DNA from: an uncultured Chloroflexia bacterium
Lineage (GTDB): Bacteria > Chloroflexota > Limnocylindria > Limnocylindrales > CSP1-4
Length of the DNA stretch: 64,000 bases
Assembly: GCA_963739365.1 (NCBI GenBank)
Contig: CAVUAG010000012.1
Span: forward strand, 77,921 to 141,920
Direction of reading: 5' to 3'
Shown one piece after another: positions 55,498 through 64,000 of this stretch. The notes under the pieces were generated by a model that did no database searches, was not told where the DNA came from, and saw only the letters and a program-made list of their open reading frames with translations. A program made the translations under genes and the position numbers. Each line of letters begins with the position of its first letter. Position 1 is the stretch's first letter.

Positions 55498-56715
55498 TCA
55501 GCGCCGGCGGAGCCCGCCGAAGAGCCCGCCGCGCTTCGCGTCCTGCCCGATGTCGGCCAGCTCGTCGAAGCCGGAGACCAGCGCGGCCAGGCGGGCAAAC
55601 GCGCGGCCGGGCGCAGAGGCCGGGGCGCCGACGAGAACCGGGATGCCCTCGTTCACGGCCTTCAGGTAGAGTCCCGCGTCGTAGGGCAGCTCTGCGTCGA
55701 CCTTCGCCGCGATCGAGCTCTCGATCTGCTTCATGGAGAGCATGTCGCGGGCGAACAGGTGGTTCAGGACGAAGGTGGACTTGGCGGGGACGGCGCCCTC
55801 CTCGGTCAGATACTCCAGGAAGCCGTGCAGCGCCTTGAGCGCCCCGATCTCTGGAGCGATGGGCACGACCACGCCCTCGGCCCAATCCAGGATCGCCAGC
55901 GACCGCTCGTCGAGGGTGGAGCCGGCGTCCACGACCACCATCCCGTAAGCGCGGGCCGCCGTCGCGAGAATCTGCGCCACCGGCTCGGCCGTGATGAGGC
56001 GCCCGGTCTCGGGGGTGGCGGGCGCCGCGATGACGTGCAGCCCGGGCTCGACCTTCTCGGCGTACGTCCGGAGCAGCTCCGGCTCCAGCATCCCCCCGTC
56101 GTCGGCTGCGAGGTCCGCGACGGTCAGGCGCGGCTTGACGTTCAGGTGGGTCGCCACCTGGCCGAAGTCGACGTCGAGGTCGATGACGGCAGCCTGCTGG
56201 GGCGCCTGCCGGGCGAGGGCCATCGCGACGTTGACCGCGATCGTCGTGGTTCCGACGCCCCCCTTGGGGCTGAAGCAGGCGATGAGGCGCCGCCGGCCGG
56301 CGACCCGAATCTCGCCACCGGTCTGGGGCGTGAGGTCACGGGAGCGCGTGAACCGGACGAGGAGTCCCTCGACGCGGGCCTGGAGCTCGCGGGGGTCGAA
56401 GGGGCGGGCGATGACGTCGTCGGCGCCGGCCTCGAGGAAGCGGACGCGCTCCTCCACGTCGTCCTCCTGGGACACGCACAGGACCGGGACCGCGGACAAG
56501 GCGGGCGAACGCCGGATCTCCCCGCAGACCTCGGTGGCGCTGCGAGGGGGCTGGACGGCATCGATCGTGACGAGGTTGAACTCGCCGGCTCGCCTGATCG
56601 CCTCGTCGGCGTCGGCGACCGTGGTGACCTCGTGGCCTGCCGCGCGCAGGGCGGCGACCATCGGCTCGGCGGCTTCGGCGACCGCAGAGAGGAGAAGGAT
56701 CGACGTGGTCGTCAC
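55498..56715 (-). CDS. TadZ/CpaE-like protein: atypical receiver domain fused to ParA/MinD-type ATPase
   Basis: GTG 56715 lies within ORF 55498..56931. The N-terminal domain is REC-like: ILLLSAVAE replaces the DD pocket, TIDAVQP retains an Asp, and ARPF replaces KPF. A ParA/MinD fold follows, with a deviant Walker A (CFSPKGGVGTTTIAVNVA) and Walker B (VVVDAG). Confidence 0.75.
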   Translation of the reverse strand: MTTTSILLLSAVAEAAEPMVAALRAAGHEVTTVADADEAIRRAGEFNLVTIDAVQPPRSATEVCGEIRRSPALSAVPVLCVSQEDDVEERVRFLEAGADDVIARPFDPRELQARVEGLLVRFTRSRDLTPQTGGEIRVAGRRRLIACFSPKGGVGTTTIAVNVAMALARQAPQQAAVIDLDVDFGQVATHLNVKPRLTVADLAADDGGMLEPELLRTYAEKVEPGLHVIAAPATPETGRLITAEPVAQILATAARAYGMVVVDAGSTLDERSLAILDWAEGVVVPIAPEIGALKALHGFLEYLTEEGAVPAKSTFVLNHLFARDMLSMKQIESSIAAKVDAELPYDAGLYLKAVNEGIPVLVGAPASAPGRAFARLAALVSGFDELADIGQDAKRGGLFGGLRRR

Positions 56716-56951
56716 GATGCTGTGCGTCCCCCGATGCCATGCTCTGAACGGGGCGAAGAATACACGCGGCGCCGTCCCGTCGCCTGCGTGGGCGCCCGAG
56801 GCACGTCGATGGACGTGGCGGCAGGCCGACCGGGAGGCTCGTCCGCCGCCCCGTGCTATGCTCGATCGGTCCTTTCTGCTCCGCCAGGGGACGGGCCGGG
56901 TTCCGGCCGCGCTGAGCGGGGCATACCCCACAGGAAGGAGCGGACACGGCC

Positions 56952-57371
56952 ATGCGCCGCTATGAGCTCATGCTCGTCCTTCGGCCCGACGCGCCGGAGG
57001 ACAAGATCCAGGCGATCCTGGAGAAGACGACCCGCCACGTCACGGAGACGGGCGGCCAGATCGTCAAGACGGCCCCATGGGGCCGCCGTCGCCTCGCGTA
57101 CCAGATCGACCGGTACCGCGAAGGCTCGTACCACATCCTCCACTTCGACGCCCCGCCCGAGTCGATCGTGGACCTCGAGCGCACCCTCCTGATCACCGAG
57201 GAGGTCCTTCGGCACCTCGTCGTGCGCGTGGATCGCCCTGTCCGCGCCGCGCGGGGCAAGGACGACGACGGCGACCTCAGCCTGGCTCCGGACGACGAGG
57301 AGGACGAGGAGCCGCAGGGCGAGCGGATCGACGAATCCGAGAGCGAAGCCGCCCCGGCGGCGATCGACTAG
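56952..57371 (+). CDS. rpsF: 30S ribosomal protein S6
   Basis: ORF 56952..57371, with GGAAGGAG upstream. MRRYELMLVLRPD...WGRRRLAYQIDRYREGSYHILHF is followed by an acidic tail. It is the first gene of rpsF-ssb-rpsR. Confidence 0.92.
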   Translation: MRRYELMLVLRPDAPEDKIQAILEKTTRHVTETGGQIVKTAPWGRRRLAYQIDRYREGSYHILHFDAPPESIVDLERTLLITEEVLRHLVVRVDRPVRAARGKDDDGDLSLAPDDEEDEEPQGERIDESESEAAPAAID

Positions 57372-57383
57372 GGGGACCGACCG

Positions 57384-57859
57384 ATGGCCTTCGCCAAGCT
57401 GATGATCATCGGCAACCTGGGACGCGATCCCGAGATGCGCTACACGCCCTCGGGCCGACCCGTCACCGAGTTCAGTGTCGCGGTCTCGCACCGTGGCAAG
57501 GACGCGCAGTCCGGCGAGTGGGTGGACCAGGGGACCGACTGGTACCGGGTCACGATCTGGGGCGAGCGCGGCGAGCGCGCGGCGGAGCAGTTCCGCAAGG
57601 GGAACAAGGTGTTCGTCGAGGGCCGCTTCCGCACCCGCGAGTACGAAGCCCGGGACGGCCAGAAGCGCCTGTCGCTGGAGATCACCGCCGACAATGTCAT
57701 CAGCCTCGAACGGGGCGGACGCGAGGAAGGCGAGGGCGGCTACGCACCGGCGTTCCCGGCCGACGCCCGTCCGCCGACGCTCGCCCGTCGTCCTCGCCGG
57801 TGCGCCGAGATGCCCCGGCCGAGGACGTGCCGTCCGATCTCGACGACCTCCCCTTCTGA
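57384..57859 (+). CDS. ssb: single-stranded DNA-binding protein (one frame break)
   Basis: ORF 57384..58097 gives the OB fold (KLMIIGNLGRDPEMRYTPSGRPVTEFSVAV...WYRVTIWGERGE...GNKVFVEGR). The canonical acidic tip ...DVPSDLDDLPF-stop is in the frame of ORF 57077..57859. The break lies between about 57740 and 57770. Confidence 0.88.
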
Positions 57860-57886
57860 CGAGTCCCTCAAGGAGCCCTTCGACCC

Positions 57887-58153
57887 ATGCCTCCCGCCCG
57901 ATCCAAGAAGCGCGACGACTACTACCGCGATCGCCGGCGCCGCAAGGTCTGTGCCTTCTGCGCCGACAAGTCCCCGACGATTGACTACAAGGAGGTCAGC
58001 CGCCTCCGCCGCTACCTCTCCGAGCGGGCCAAGATCGAGCCGCGGCGCAAGACCGGCACCTGCGCCGCCCACCAGCGCGAGCTGGCCGTCGCCCTGAAGC
58101 GGGCACGGGTCGTGGCGCTCCTGCCGTACGCGCCGCAGCACCTGCGCCCCTGA
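57887..58153 (+). CDS. rpsR: 30S ribosomal protein S18
   Basis: ORF 57887..58153, with [45 protein letters not shown]. Confidence 0.92.
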   Translation: MPPARSKKRDDYYRDRRRRKVCAFCADKSPTIDYKEVSRLRRYLSERAKIEPRRKTGTCAAHQRELAVALKRARVVALLPYAPQHLRP

Positions 58154-58186
58154 TCGGGGCCTGCCCGCCCACCGGCCGAGCACAGG

Positions 58187-59054
58187 GTGATCGTCGGCCA
58201 GCTGCTGCTCCTCGCCGCCGGCGGATTCGGCGCCGGCGTCTTCGGCTCGCTCCTGGGGCTGGGGGGCGGGATCCTCATCATCCCGCTCCTCACCGTCGGC
58301 TTCGGCGTGCCCTTCCGCGAGGCGGTCGGCATCAGCCTGGTCTGCGTCATCGTGACCAGCAGCGCTTCCGCCGCGGTGTATCTCGAACGCCACGCGGCGA
58401 ACCTGCGGCTCGGCATGCTCCTCGAGGTGTTCACGGCAACGGGTGCGCTCGTGGGCGGCCTGGTGGCGTTCGCGCTGCCGGAGCGGGTCCTGGCCGGGCT
58501 GTTCGCCGCGCTCCTGGCCTGGACGGCGTTCTCGATGCTGCGCCGGGGCCAGGTCCAGGCGGCGGCGACTGAGGAAGCGGTTCCCATGAACCAGGTCGCG
58601 GGACCCGGGGCGGCCGCTGCAGATCGGAGCGACCACCGCGCCGCGGTCACGCAGCCTTGCGGACGAGGTTGCCGGACCCGGGTACGGTGTGCGGCGCCTG
58701 GGCGCCGGCGCCGGCGGGAGCCTGGGGGCCGGGATGCTGTCGGCCCTCCTCGGGGTCGGTGGCGGCATCGTCAAGGTGCCGCTCATGCACCTCGTCATGG
58801 GCGTGCCGCTCCGGGTGGCCACGGCCACGAGCAACCTCATGATCGGCGTGACCGCCGCCGCGTCGGCGGTCGTCTACCTCGTGCGGGGCGGGATCGACCC
58901 GTACATCGCCGGGCCCACGGCGATCGGCGTCTTCGCGGGCGCCATGGTCGGCTCGCGCCTGGCGGCCCGGATCGATGTCCGGATCCTGCGGCTGCTCTTC
59001 GTGGGCGTCCTGGCCCTGACGGCGGCCCAGATGGTCCTGCGGGCGCTCGGGTGA
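58187..59054 (+). CDS. TauE/SafE (DUF81) family anion exporter (one frame break)
   Basis: The first half is in ORF 58187..59398 (GVFGSLLGLGGGILIIPLL...) and the second half in ORF 58689..59054 (GMLSALLGVGGGIVKVPLMHLVMGVP...). The internal duplication is typical of the family. The break lies between about 58570 and 58660. Confidence 0.75.
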
Positions 59055-59398
59055 ACAGCATCGACGCCCGGATCGCCCGGATCCTCGCGGGGGGGACGCG
59101 CATCGCCGTGGCCCTCCTGGCGATCGGGAGCGTCCTCCTGGTCGTCGGTGGGACGTCGCCCTTGGCGGACGGCTGGCCGCCGCTCGACGTGGCGTCACTG
59201 CCTGCCGGCCTTGTCGCCCTGGAGCCGGCGGCCTACCTCTGGCTCGGCCTCATCGTGACGATCGCAACGCCGCTCGTGCGGGTGGCGGCCTCGACGTGGA
59301 GCTTCGGACGGGCCGGGGAGACGCGCATGGCCGCGCTCGGCGCGGCCGTCCTGGTCGTCATCGCTCTCGCGATCGTGGCTGGCCTGGCGGCCGGCTGA
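59051..59398 (+). CDS. small membrane protein, DUF1634-like partner of TauE
   Basis: GTG 59051 (GTGA overlap) lies in the tail of ORF 58187..59398. It has 3-4 hydrophobic helices (RIAVALLAIGSVLLVVGG..., YLWLGLIVTIATPLVRV..., AAVLVVIALAIVAGLAAG). The assignment rests mainly on size, topology and position. Confidence 0.55.
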   Translation: MNSIDARIARILAGGTRIAVALLAIGSVLLVVGGTSPLADGWPPLDVASLPAGLVALEPAAYLWLGLIVTIATPLVRVAASTWSFGRAGETRMAALGAAVLVVIALAIVAGLAAG

Positions 59399-59557
59399 GC
59401 CATAGCCGGCCTGGTCCTCATCGTGGGCCGGGCGCGGCCGAGGGCGCGATCGGCGAGGAGGGCGCGACACGGGCCGGCACCGGTGCCCGGTCTATACTCA
59501 GAAGGCCCGGCGGCAGGGTTCGCCGATCTGCCGCGGCCACGCGAAGGAGCTGCCCGG

Positions 59558-60537
59558 ATGCTCACCCAGAAGCCCTCCGCCGAGGGCGCGTCCCGCCCCG
59601 CCGGAGCCCCGCTCGACACCGCATCGCTGACCTGCCTGTTCGAGGGTCGCTACGTCGCTCTCAGCGAGGCCAACGTCAGCATCATGACCCACGCCTTCAT
59701 GTACGGAACGGCCGTCTTCGAGGGCATCCGGGCCTACTGGAACGCGGAGCAGGGCCAGCTCTACGCGCTCAGGGTGCGCGAGCACATGGAGCGGATCCGC
59801 AACTCGGCGCAAGATCCTCCTGATGGAGGACCTGCCCTCGGTCGACCAGCTGACGGTGAGGCGCTCGAGGTCCTTCGTCGCAACGGCTTCCGCGAGGACG
59901 CCTACGTCCGGCCGTCCTTCTACAAGAGCACCCAGGCGATCGGCGTGAAGCTCCATGGCCTGGAGCATCGCTACTACATCCTCGCCCTGCCCTTCGGCGA
60001 CTACGTCGACACCACGGTCGGCGTGCGGATCGCGACCGTCTCCTGGCGCCGGACCGGGGACACGGCCATTCCGTCGCGGGCCAAGATCGTGGGCAGCTAC
60101 GTCAACCCCGCCTTCAGCAAGTCCGAGGCGATGCTCAACGGGTACGACGAGGCCCTCGTCCTGACCGAGGACGGCCACATCTCGGAGGGGTCGGCCGAGA
60201 ACATCTTCGTGGTTCGTGACGGGGTGATCCTGACGCCGCCCGTGACCGACGACATCCTGGAGGGGATCACCCGGGCCGGAATCATGGAGATCTGCGCCGA
60301 GCTGGGCCTGCGGGTGGTGGAGCGCTCCATCGACCGCTCCGAGATCTACGTCGCGGACGAGGCCTTCTTCTGCGGCACCGGTGCCCAGATCAGCCCGATC
60401 ATCGAGGTGGATCGCCGCGCGATCGGGGGGGAGCGGTGGGCCCGATCACCAAGCGGATCAAGGACCGCTACTTCGACATCGTCCGCGGCAACGTGCCGGC
60501 CTACGCACACTGGGTGACGCCCGTCCACGTCGGCTGA
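59558..60537 (+). CDS. ilvE: branched-chain amino acid aminotransferase (class IV; three frame breaks)
   Basis: ATG 59558 lies in ORF 59423..60517, with GAAGGAG upstream. Motifs seen: FMYGTAVFEGIRAY, YVRPSFY, KIVGSYVNP, LVLTEDGHISEGSAENIFVV, LEGITR and CGTGAQISPI. KILLMEDLPSVDQLT is readable only in another frame (breaks near 59809 and 59855). The C-terminus GPITKRIKDRYFDIVRGNVPAYAHWVTPVHVG ends at TGA 60535-60537, after a break in a G7 run at 60424-60430. Confidence 0.85.
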
Positions 60538-60558
60538 GCATCGCGCGCCGGGCGCCGG

Positions 60559-62337
60559 TCAGGGGGCGCGGTAGGTCGGCGTCTGCGTGCCCTGCACGAC
60601 GAGGATGTCCGTGCCCGCCTTGGCGTCCGCCACCGGCGTGGCGGTGACCTTGAAGCGGGCCTCCAGCGCGGTGATCGTCTCCGGGAAGCGGGTCTCCGCC
60701 CCGTTGTAGGCAATCACGGCCGTTGTCGGCTCGACCGTCTCGGGATTGCGTCCGCGGGGCGCCGACGCGGCGAAGCCCTGGTACTCGAGATAGCCGGCCA
60801 GGTCCGTGGCCCTGCCGGGCTCCCCGGTGCTGGTGACGACCCAGACGCGGGCGCCCTCCTCGGCGATGGCCTGGCGGGCGGCCTCTTCGCGAGGATCGAA
60901 GGTGAAGGCGTTGGCGGTGGCCGCCCGGATCGCCGCCACGTCGGCCTGGAGCACGTACTGCCCGTTGACCATGCCCTCGCTCCCGTAGCGGGGCGGGGTG
61001 AAGACGTACGAGCGCACGTTGCCCACGTCGATCCGGCTGGCGAGGTCGATGAGCTGGGGAAGCCTGTCCACCGGGAAGTCGGTCTTGACCGCCTTCTTCG
61101 TGCTCCTCACGAGGTCCGGGAGCCGTTGCAGGAGCGTCGCGAAATCCGCCTGCTGGCGGAGCGAGAGGAGGACCCTCTGCTGGCGTGACGCGCGATCGAA
61201 GTCGGTCGAGCCGTGGCGCGACCGGGCGTAGACGAGCGCTTCCGCCCCCGTCATGTGCTGGACGCCGGTCGGGATGTAGACGCGCAGCGCCCCCTTCTCG
61301 CCGGGGTAGTAGTCGTCCACGACGGGCAGCTGCACGTTGACCGTCACTCCGCCGAGCGCGTCGACCACCTGGGTGAAGCCGCCGAAGTCGACCTCGACGA
61401 AGTACTGGATGTCGACCCCGTAGAGGCCGCCCAGGGTGTCCTTCAGCGCCTGGTACCCGCTCTGCTTGCCGCCCGGGAAGATGTCGGGCCGGGCCCGCGC
61501 CTGCTGGAAGAGGGCATTGACCTTGCGGTTCCAGGTCGTGCCGAAGAACGAGCGCGCCGGGCCGGCCAGCGGGATGCCGGTCGTGTCGCGGGGGAGGCTG
61601 AACATGGCGACCTGGCCGCTGGCCGGGTCGATGCTGGCCACGATGAGGGTGTCCGTGTTGTACGAGCCGTCCCCGGGCCGGCGGTCGGAGCCGATCAGGA
61701 GGACGTTGAGCCGTCCCGTGCCGTCCCACGGCTGGGCCGAGGGCTCGTCGGGCACGGCCGTGGCGCCCGGGGGAGGAGTGGAGACCGGGGCCTCGGACGG
61801 GTTCGCCGTCACGCTGGACGCCTCCGGGCTCGCGGAGGGATCCGCGGAAGGGTCGTCCTCGTCACCGGGGCTGAAGATGCCCTGGACCAGGTCCAGCGCC
61901 TGGAGGTCGTAGTAGGCCACGGCGGCGTGGCCGCCGCTCATCACGAGCAGGACGGCCAGCAGGCCGGCGACCGAGACCGGGGCCAGCGCCGAGCGGGACG
62001 GACCGAGACGTCCCGCGCCCTGGTCCCAGCGGTTGAGATAGACGGTCACCCGGTAGGCGTCAATGGCCGCGATCGCCCGGTAGAGGAGTGCCACGACATT
62101 GCCCGCCAGGATCGCCACGAGGACCACCGGCTGGAGGACGACGCCGACCAGCTCCAGGCGGTAGCTGCCGACGATGCCCAGGATCAGGGCGAGGAAGAGG
62201 AACGGCACGGCGGCGAAGCCGAGAGCCCGGTGCCACGCGCCGGCGTAGGCGTGGCCCAGCCCGGGGAAGATCAGCGACAGGAAGGCGGCCGTGAAGGCGG
62301 AGCGGGCGCGGGGGCGCGGCTCCTGCGGGCGGGTCAT
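60559..62337 (-). CDS. LytR-CpsA-Psr (LCP) family cell-envelope phosphotransferase with LytR_C-like C-terminal domain
   Basis: ATG 62337 lies within ORF 60559..63084; the part upstream of it is antisense to ileS. It has an N-terminal polytopic membrane region and a Pro/Ser/Ala linker. The LCP core is NVLLIGSDRRPGDGSYNTDTLIVASIDPASGQVAMFSLPRDT..., ALVYARSRHGSTDFDRASRQQRVL. The C-terminal domain reads VWVVTSTGEPGRATDLAGYLEYQGF. Confidence 0.8.
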   Translation of the reverse strand: MTRPQEPRPRARSAFTAAFLSLIFPGLGHAYAGAWHRALGFAAVPFLFLALILGIVGSYRLELVGVVLQPVVLVAILAGNVVALLYRAIAAIDAYRVTVYLNRWDQGAGRLGPSRSALAPVSVAGLLAVLLVMSGGHAAVAYYDLQALDLVQGIFSPGDEDDPSADPSASPEASSVTANPSEAPVSTPPPGATAVPDEPSAQPWDGTGRLNVLLIGSDRRPGDGSYNTDTLIVASIDPASGQVAMFSLPRDTTGIPLAGPARSFFGTTWNRKVNALFQQARARPDIFPGGKQSGYQALKDTLGGLYGVDIQYFVEVDFGGFTQVVDALGGVTVNVQLPVVDDYYPGEKGALRVYIPTGVQHMTGAEALVYARSRHGSTDFDRASRQQRVLLSLRQQADFATLLQRLPDLVRSTKKAVKTDFPVDRLPQLIDLASRIDVGNVRSYVFTPPRYGSEGMVNGQYVLQADVAAIRAATANAFTFDPREEAARQAIAEEGARVWVVTSTGEPGRATDLAGYLEYQGFAASAPRGRNPETVEPTTAVIAYNGAETRFPETITALEARFKVTATPVADAKAGTDILVVQGTQTPTYRAP

Positions 62338-62458
62338 CGCGGGTAGGATAGAAGGAACCTCCGTGAAACGTGTCCGGAGTGCTCTGACGCCTGCGGGCGT
62401 CGCCGCGTGACGCAGGCACGCCCGCTGCCCGCCCCTCACGATCCGCAGCCGAGGCCCG

Positions 62459-64000
62459 ATGTTCGACCCCGTACGCAGCAAGCCCGACCTCGTCGCGCAG
62501 GAGCACGAGATCCTTGCCCTCTGGCGTGAGCGGCGCACGTTCGCGCGCCTGCGTGCCCAGAACGCGGGTGGGCCGCGCTGGAGCTTCCTGGACGGGCCGA
62601 TCACGGCCAACAACCCGATGGGCGTCCACCATGCCTGGGGGCGGGCGTACAAGGACGTCTTCCAGCGCTTCCACGCCATGCTCGGCCAGGACCAGCGCTG
62701 GCAGAACGGGTTCGACTGCCAGGGGCTCTGGGTGGAGGTCAACGTCGAGAAGGACCTCGGCTTCACCTCGAAGCGCGACATCGAGGAGCACGGCATCGCG
62801 GAGTTCGTGAGCCTGTGCAAGCAGCGCGTGCTCACCTTTGCCGCCCGCCAGACCGAGCAGTCGATCCGGCTCGGGTACTGGATGGACTGGAACGACCCGG
62901 ACGAGCTCCGCCATCTCCGCGACCAGCTGGCCGCCGACCCGACGCGGGTCATGACCCTGCAGGGTCCGAATGGTCCCGTGACCGACAGCGTCGAGATGCT
63001 CGTCGGGCGCCTCGGGATGCCCGAGCTGGGTGGCTCGTACTTCACGTTCAGCAACGAGAACAACGACCTGATCTGGGCCTTCATCGCCGAGTGCCATCGC
63101 CGGGGCTGGCTCTACAAGGGCCACGACACGATGCCCTGGTGCGCCCGCTGCGGCACCGGGATCAGCCAGCACGAGATGACCGAGGGCTACGCGGATCGGA
63201 CCGACCCCGGGCTGACGGTGCGGTTCCCGCTGGTCGACCGGCCGGGCGAGTCGCTGCTGGTCTGGACCACGACGCCCTGGACGCTTACCAGCAACGTGGC
63301 CGCCGCCGTGGGGTCGGACCTGCGCTACGCCAAGGTTCGCCAGGGCGAGGTCGTGAGCTGGCTGGGCCGGGGAACCCTCCGCCAGGCCCTCGTCGGCCCG
63401 TTCGAGATCCTCGAGGAGGTTGCCGGCAGCGAGCTTGTGGGGTGGCGCTACCGGGGCCCGTTCGACGACCTGCCCGCGGTCCGAGCGGCGTTCGCCACCG
63501 GCGGGCCGGACGGGCACCCGTACGAGCACCGCGTCGTCGCCTGGGACCAGGTCGGCGAGGAGGAGGGGACCGGGATCGTCCACATCGCGCCCGGGTGCGG
63601 CGCCGAGGACTTCGCCCTCGGGAAGCAGCTCGGCCTGCCGATGCTGGCGCCCCTCGACGAGGGCGGCATCTTCATCGACGGCTTCGGGTTCCTCGTCGGC
63701 CGCGACGTGCGCGACTCCGCGGACCCGGTGGTGGAGCACCTGAAGCACCACGGCTTCTTCCACCGCCTGGAGCCGTACGTCCATCGCTACCCGCACTGCT
63801 GGCGCTGCGGGACCCCCCTCGTCTTCCGGCTGGTCGACGAGTGGTTCATCAGCATGGGCCCCGTCTACGACCGGCCGCGCGAGGAGCTGACGCCGGCCGA
63901 GGTCGACGCGAGCCTGCGGTACCAGATCATGGAGGTGGTCGACCGGATCCGGTGGATTCCCGGGTTCGGGTACGAGCGGGAGCTCGACTGGCTCCTGAAC
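62459..64000 (+). CDS. ileS: isoleucyl-tRNA synthetase, N-terminal 514 codons (continues beyond the window)
   Basis: The frame from ATG 62459 stays open to 64000, so it is not in the ORF track. My translation is MFDPVRSKPDLVAQEHEILALWRERRTF...GPITANNPMGVHHAWGRAYKDVFQRFHAMLGQDQRWQNGFDCQGLWVEVNVEKDLG...WTTTPWTLTSN...HIAPGCGAEDF...YPHCWRCGTPLVFRLVDEWFI. These are a class I HIGH-type motif, an editing-domain signature and a zinc-knuckle-like segment, consistent with IleRS. LeuRS or ValRS is less likely but not formally excluded. Confidence 0.8.
   Translation, partial: MFDPVRSKPDLVAQEHEILALWRERRTFARLRAQNAGGPRWSFLDGPITANNPMGVHHAWGRAYKDVFQRFHAMLGQDQRWQNGFDCQGLWVEVNVEKDLGFTSKRDIEEHGIAEFVSLCKQRVLTFAARQTEQSIRLGYWMDWNDPDELRHLRDQLAADPTRVMTLQGPNGPVTDSVEMLVGRLGMPELGGSYFTFSNENNDLIWAFIAECHRRGWLYKGHDTMPWCARCGTGISQHEMTEGYADRTDPGLTVRFPLVDRPGESLLVWTTTPWTLTSNVAAAVGSDLRYAKVRQGEVVSWLGRGTLRQALVGPFEILEEVAGSELVGWRYRGPFDDLPAVRAAFATGGPDGHPYEHRVVAWDQVGEEEGTGIVHIAPGCGAEDFALGKQLGLPMLAPLDEGGIFIDGFGFLVGRDVRDSADPVVEHLKHHGFFHRLEPYVHRYPHCWRCGTPLVFRLVDEWFISMGPVYDRPREELTPAEVDASLRYQIMEVVDRIRWIPGFGYERELDWLLN

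Noticed and set aside
62338-62458. A T-box riboswitch upstream of ileS, as known for ileS in some Actinobacteria and Firmicutes.
   Set aside because: I could not find the conserved T-box sequence (AGGGTGGTACCGCG-like) or a Stem I with an ATC specifier loop in the leader. Only generic GC hairpins are present.

Overview
Very GC-rich chromosomal segment (roughly 70% by eye, not computed). Gene order resembles Actinomycetota or Chloroflexota (uvrC, then secDF, recJ, pyrF, tatAC, rapZ-yvcK-whiA-tpiA-secG; rpsF-ssb-rpsR), but I cannot assign taxonomy from sequence alone. Most of the window is housekeeping: an ECF sigma/anti-sigma pair, polA-mutM-ABC-F-coaE, all three of uvrA, uvrB and uvrC, secD/secF, recJ, pyrF, tatA/tatC, tpiA-gpmA-secG, lemA-htpX, ilvE, an LCP-family protein, the 5' part of ileS, and eight tRNAs in two clusters. 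Accessory content falls into six groups. (1) A tadE-like / tadG-like / cpaB operon sits between coaE and uvrB, and a lone tadZ/cpaE-like gene lies 44 kb away. (2) A secreted DUF11/CARDB-repeat protein of about 1,770 codons is followed by an SGNH-fold protein whose catalytic residues look substituted. (3) A vapBC toxin-antitoxin pair. (4) A short UvrD-like helicase. (5) Three secreted metallophosphoesterase/5'-nucleotidase modules, two of them fused in a YfkN-like protein through an SLH-like linker. (6) A HYR-domain protein. The dominant technical feature is that many clearly conserved genes can only be rebuilt by joining ORF-track fragments in different frames. I count roughly 70 frame breaks by hand, and they are very unevenly spread. 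I read them as assembly indels rather than biology, and I give whole-gene spans for those genes. At nucleotide level two things stand out. uvrA and uvrB share an ATAGAAC-N4-GTnC motif upstream. At least seven genes have a -10-like hexamer 6-7 nt before the start codon, which suggests leaderless mRNAs. I found no rRNA, CRISPR array, transposase or integrase. No clearly novel multi-gene system is demonstrated. The candidates worth follow-up are listed in the findings.
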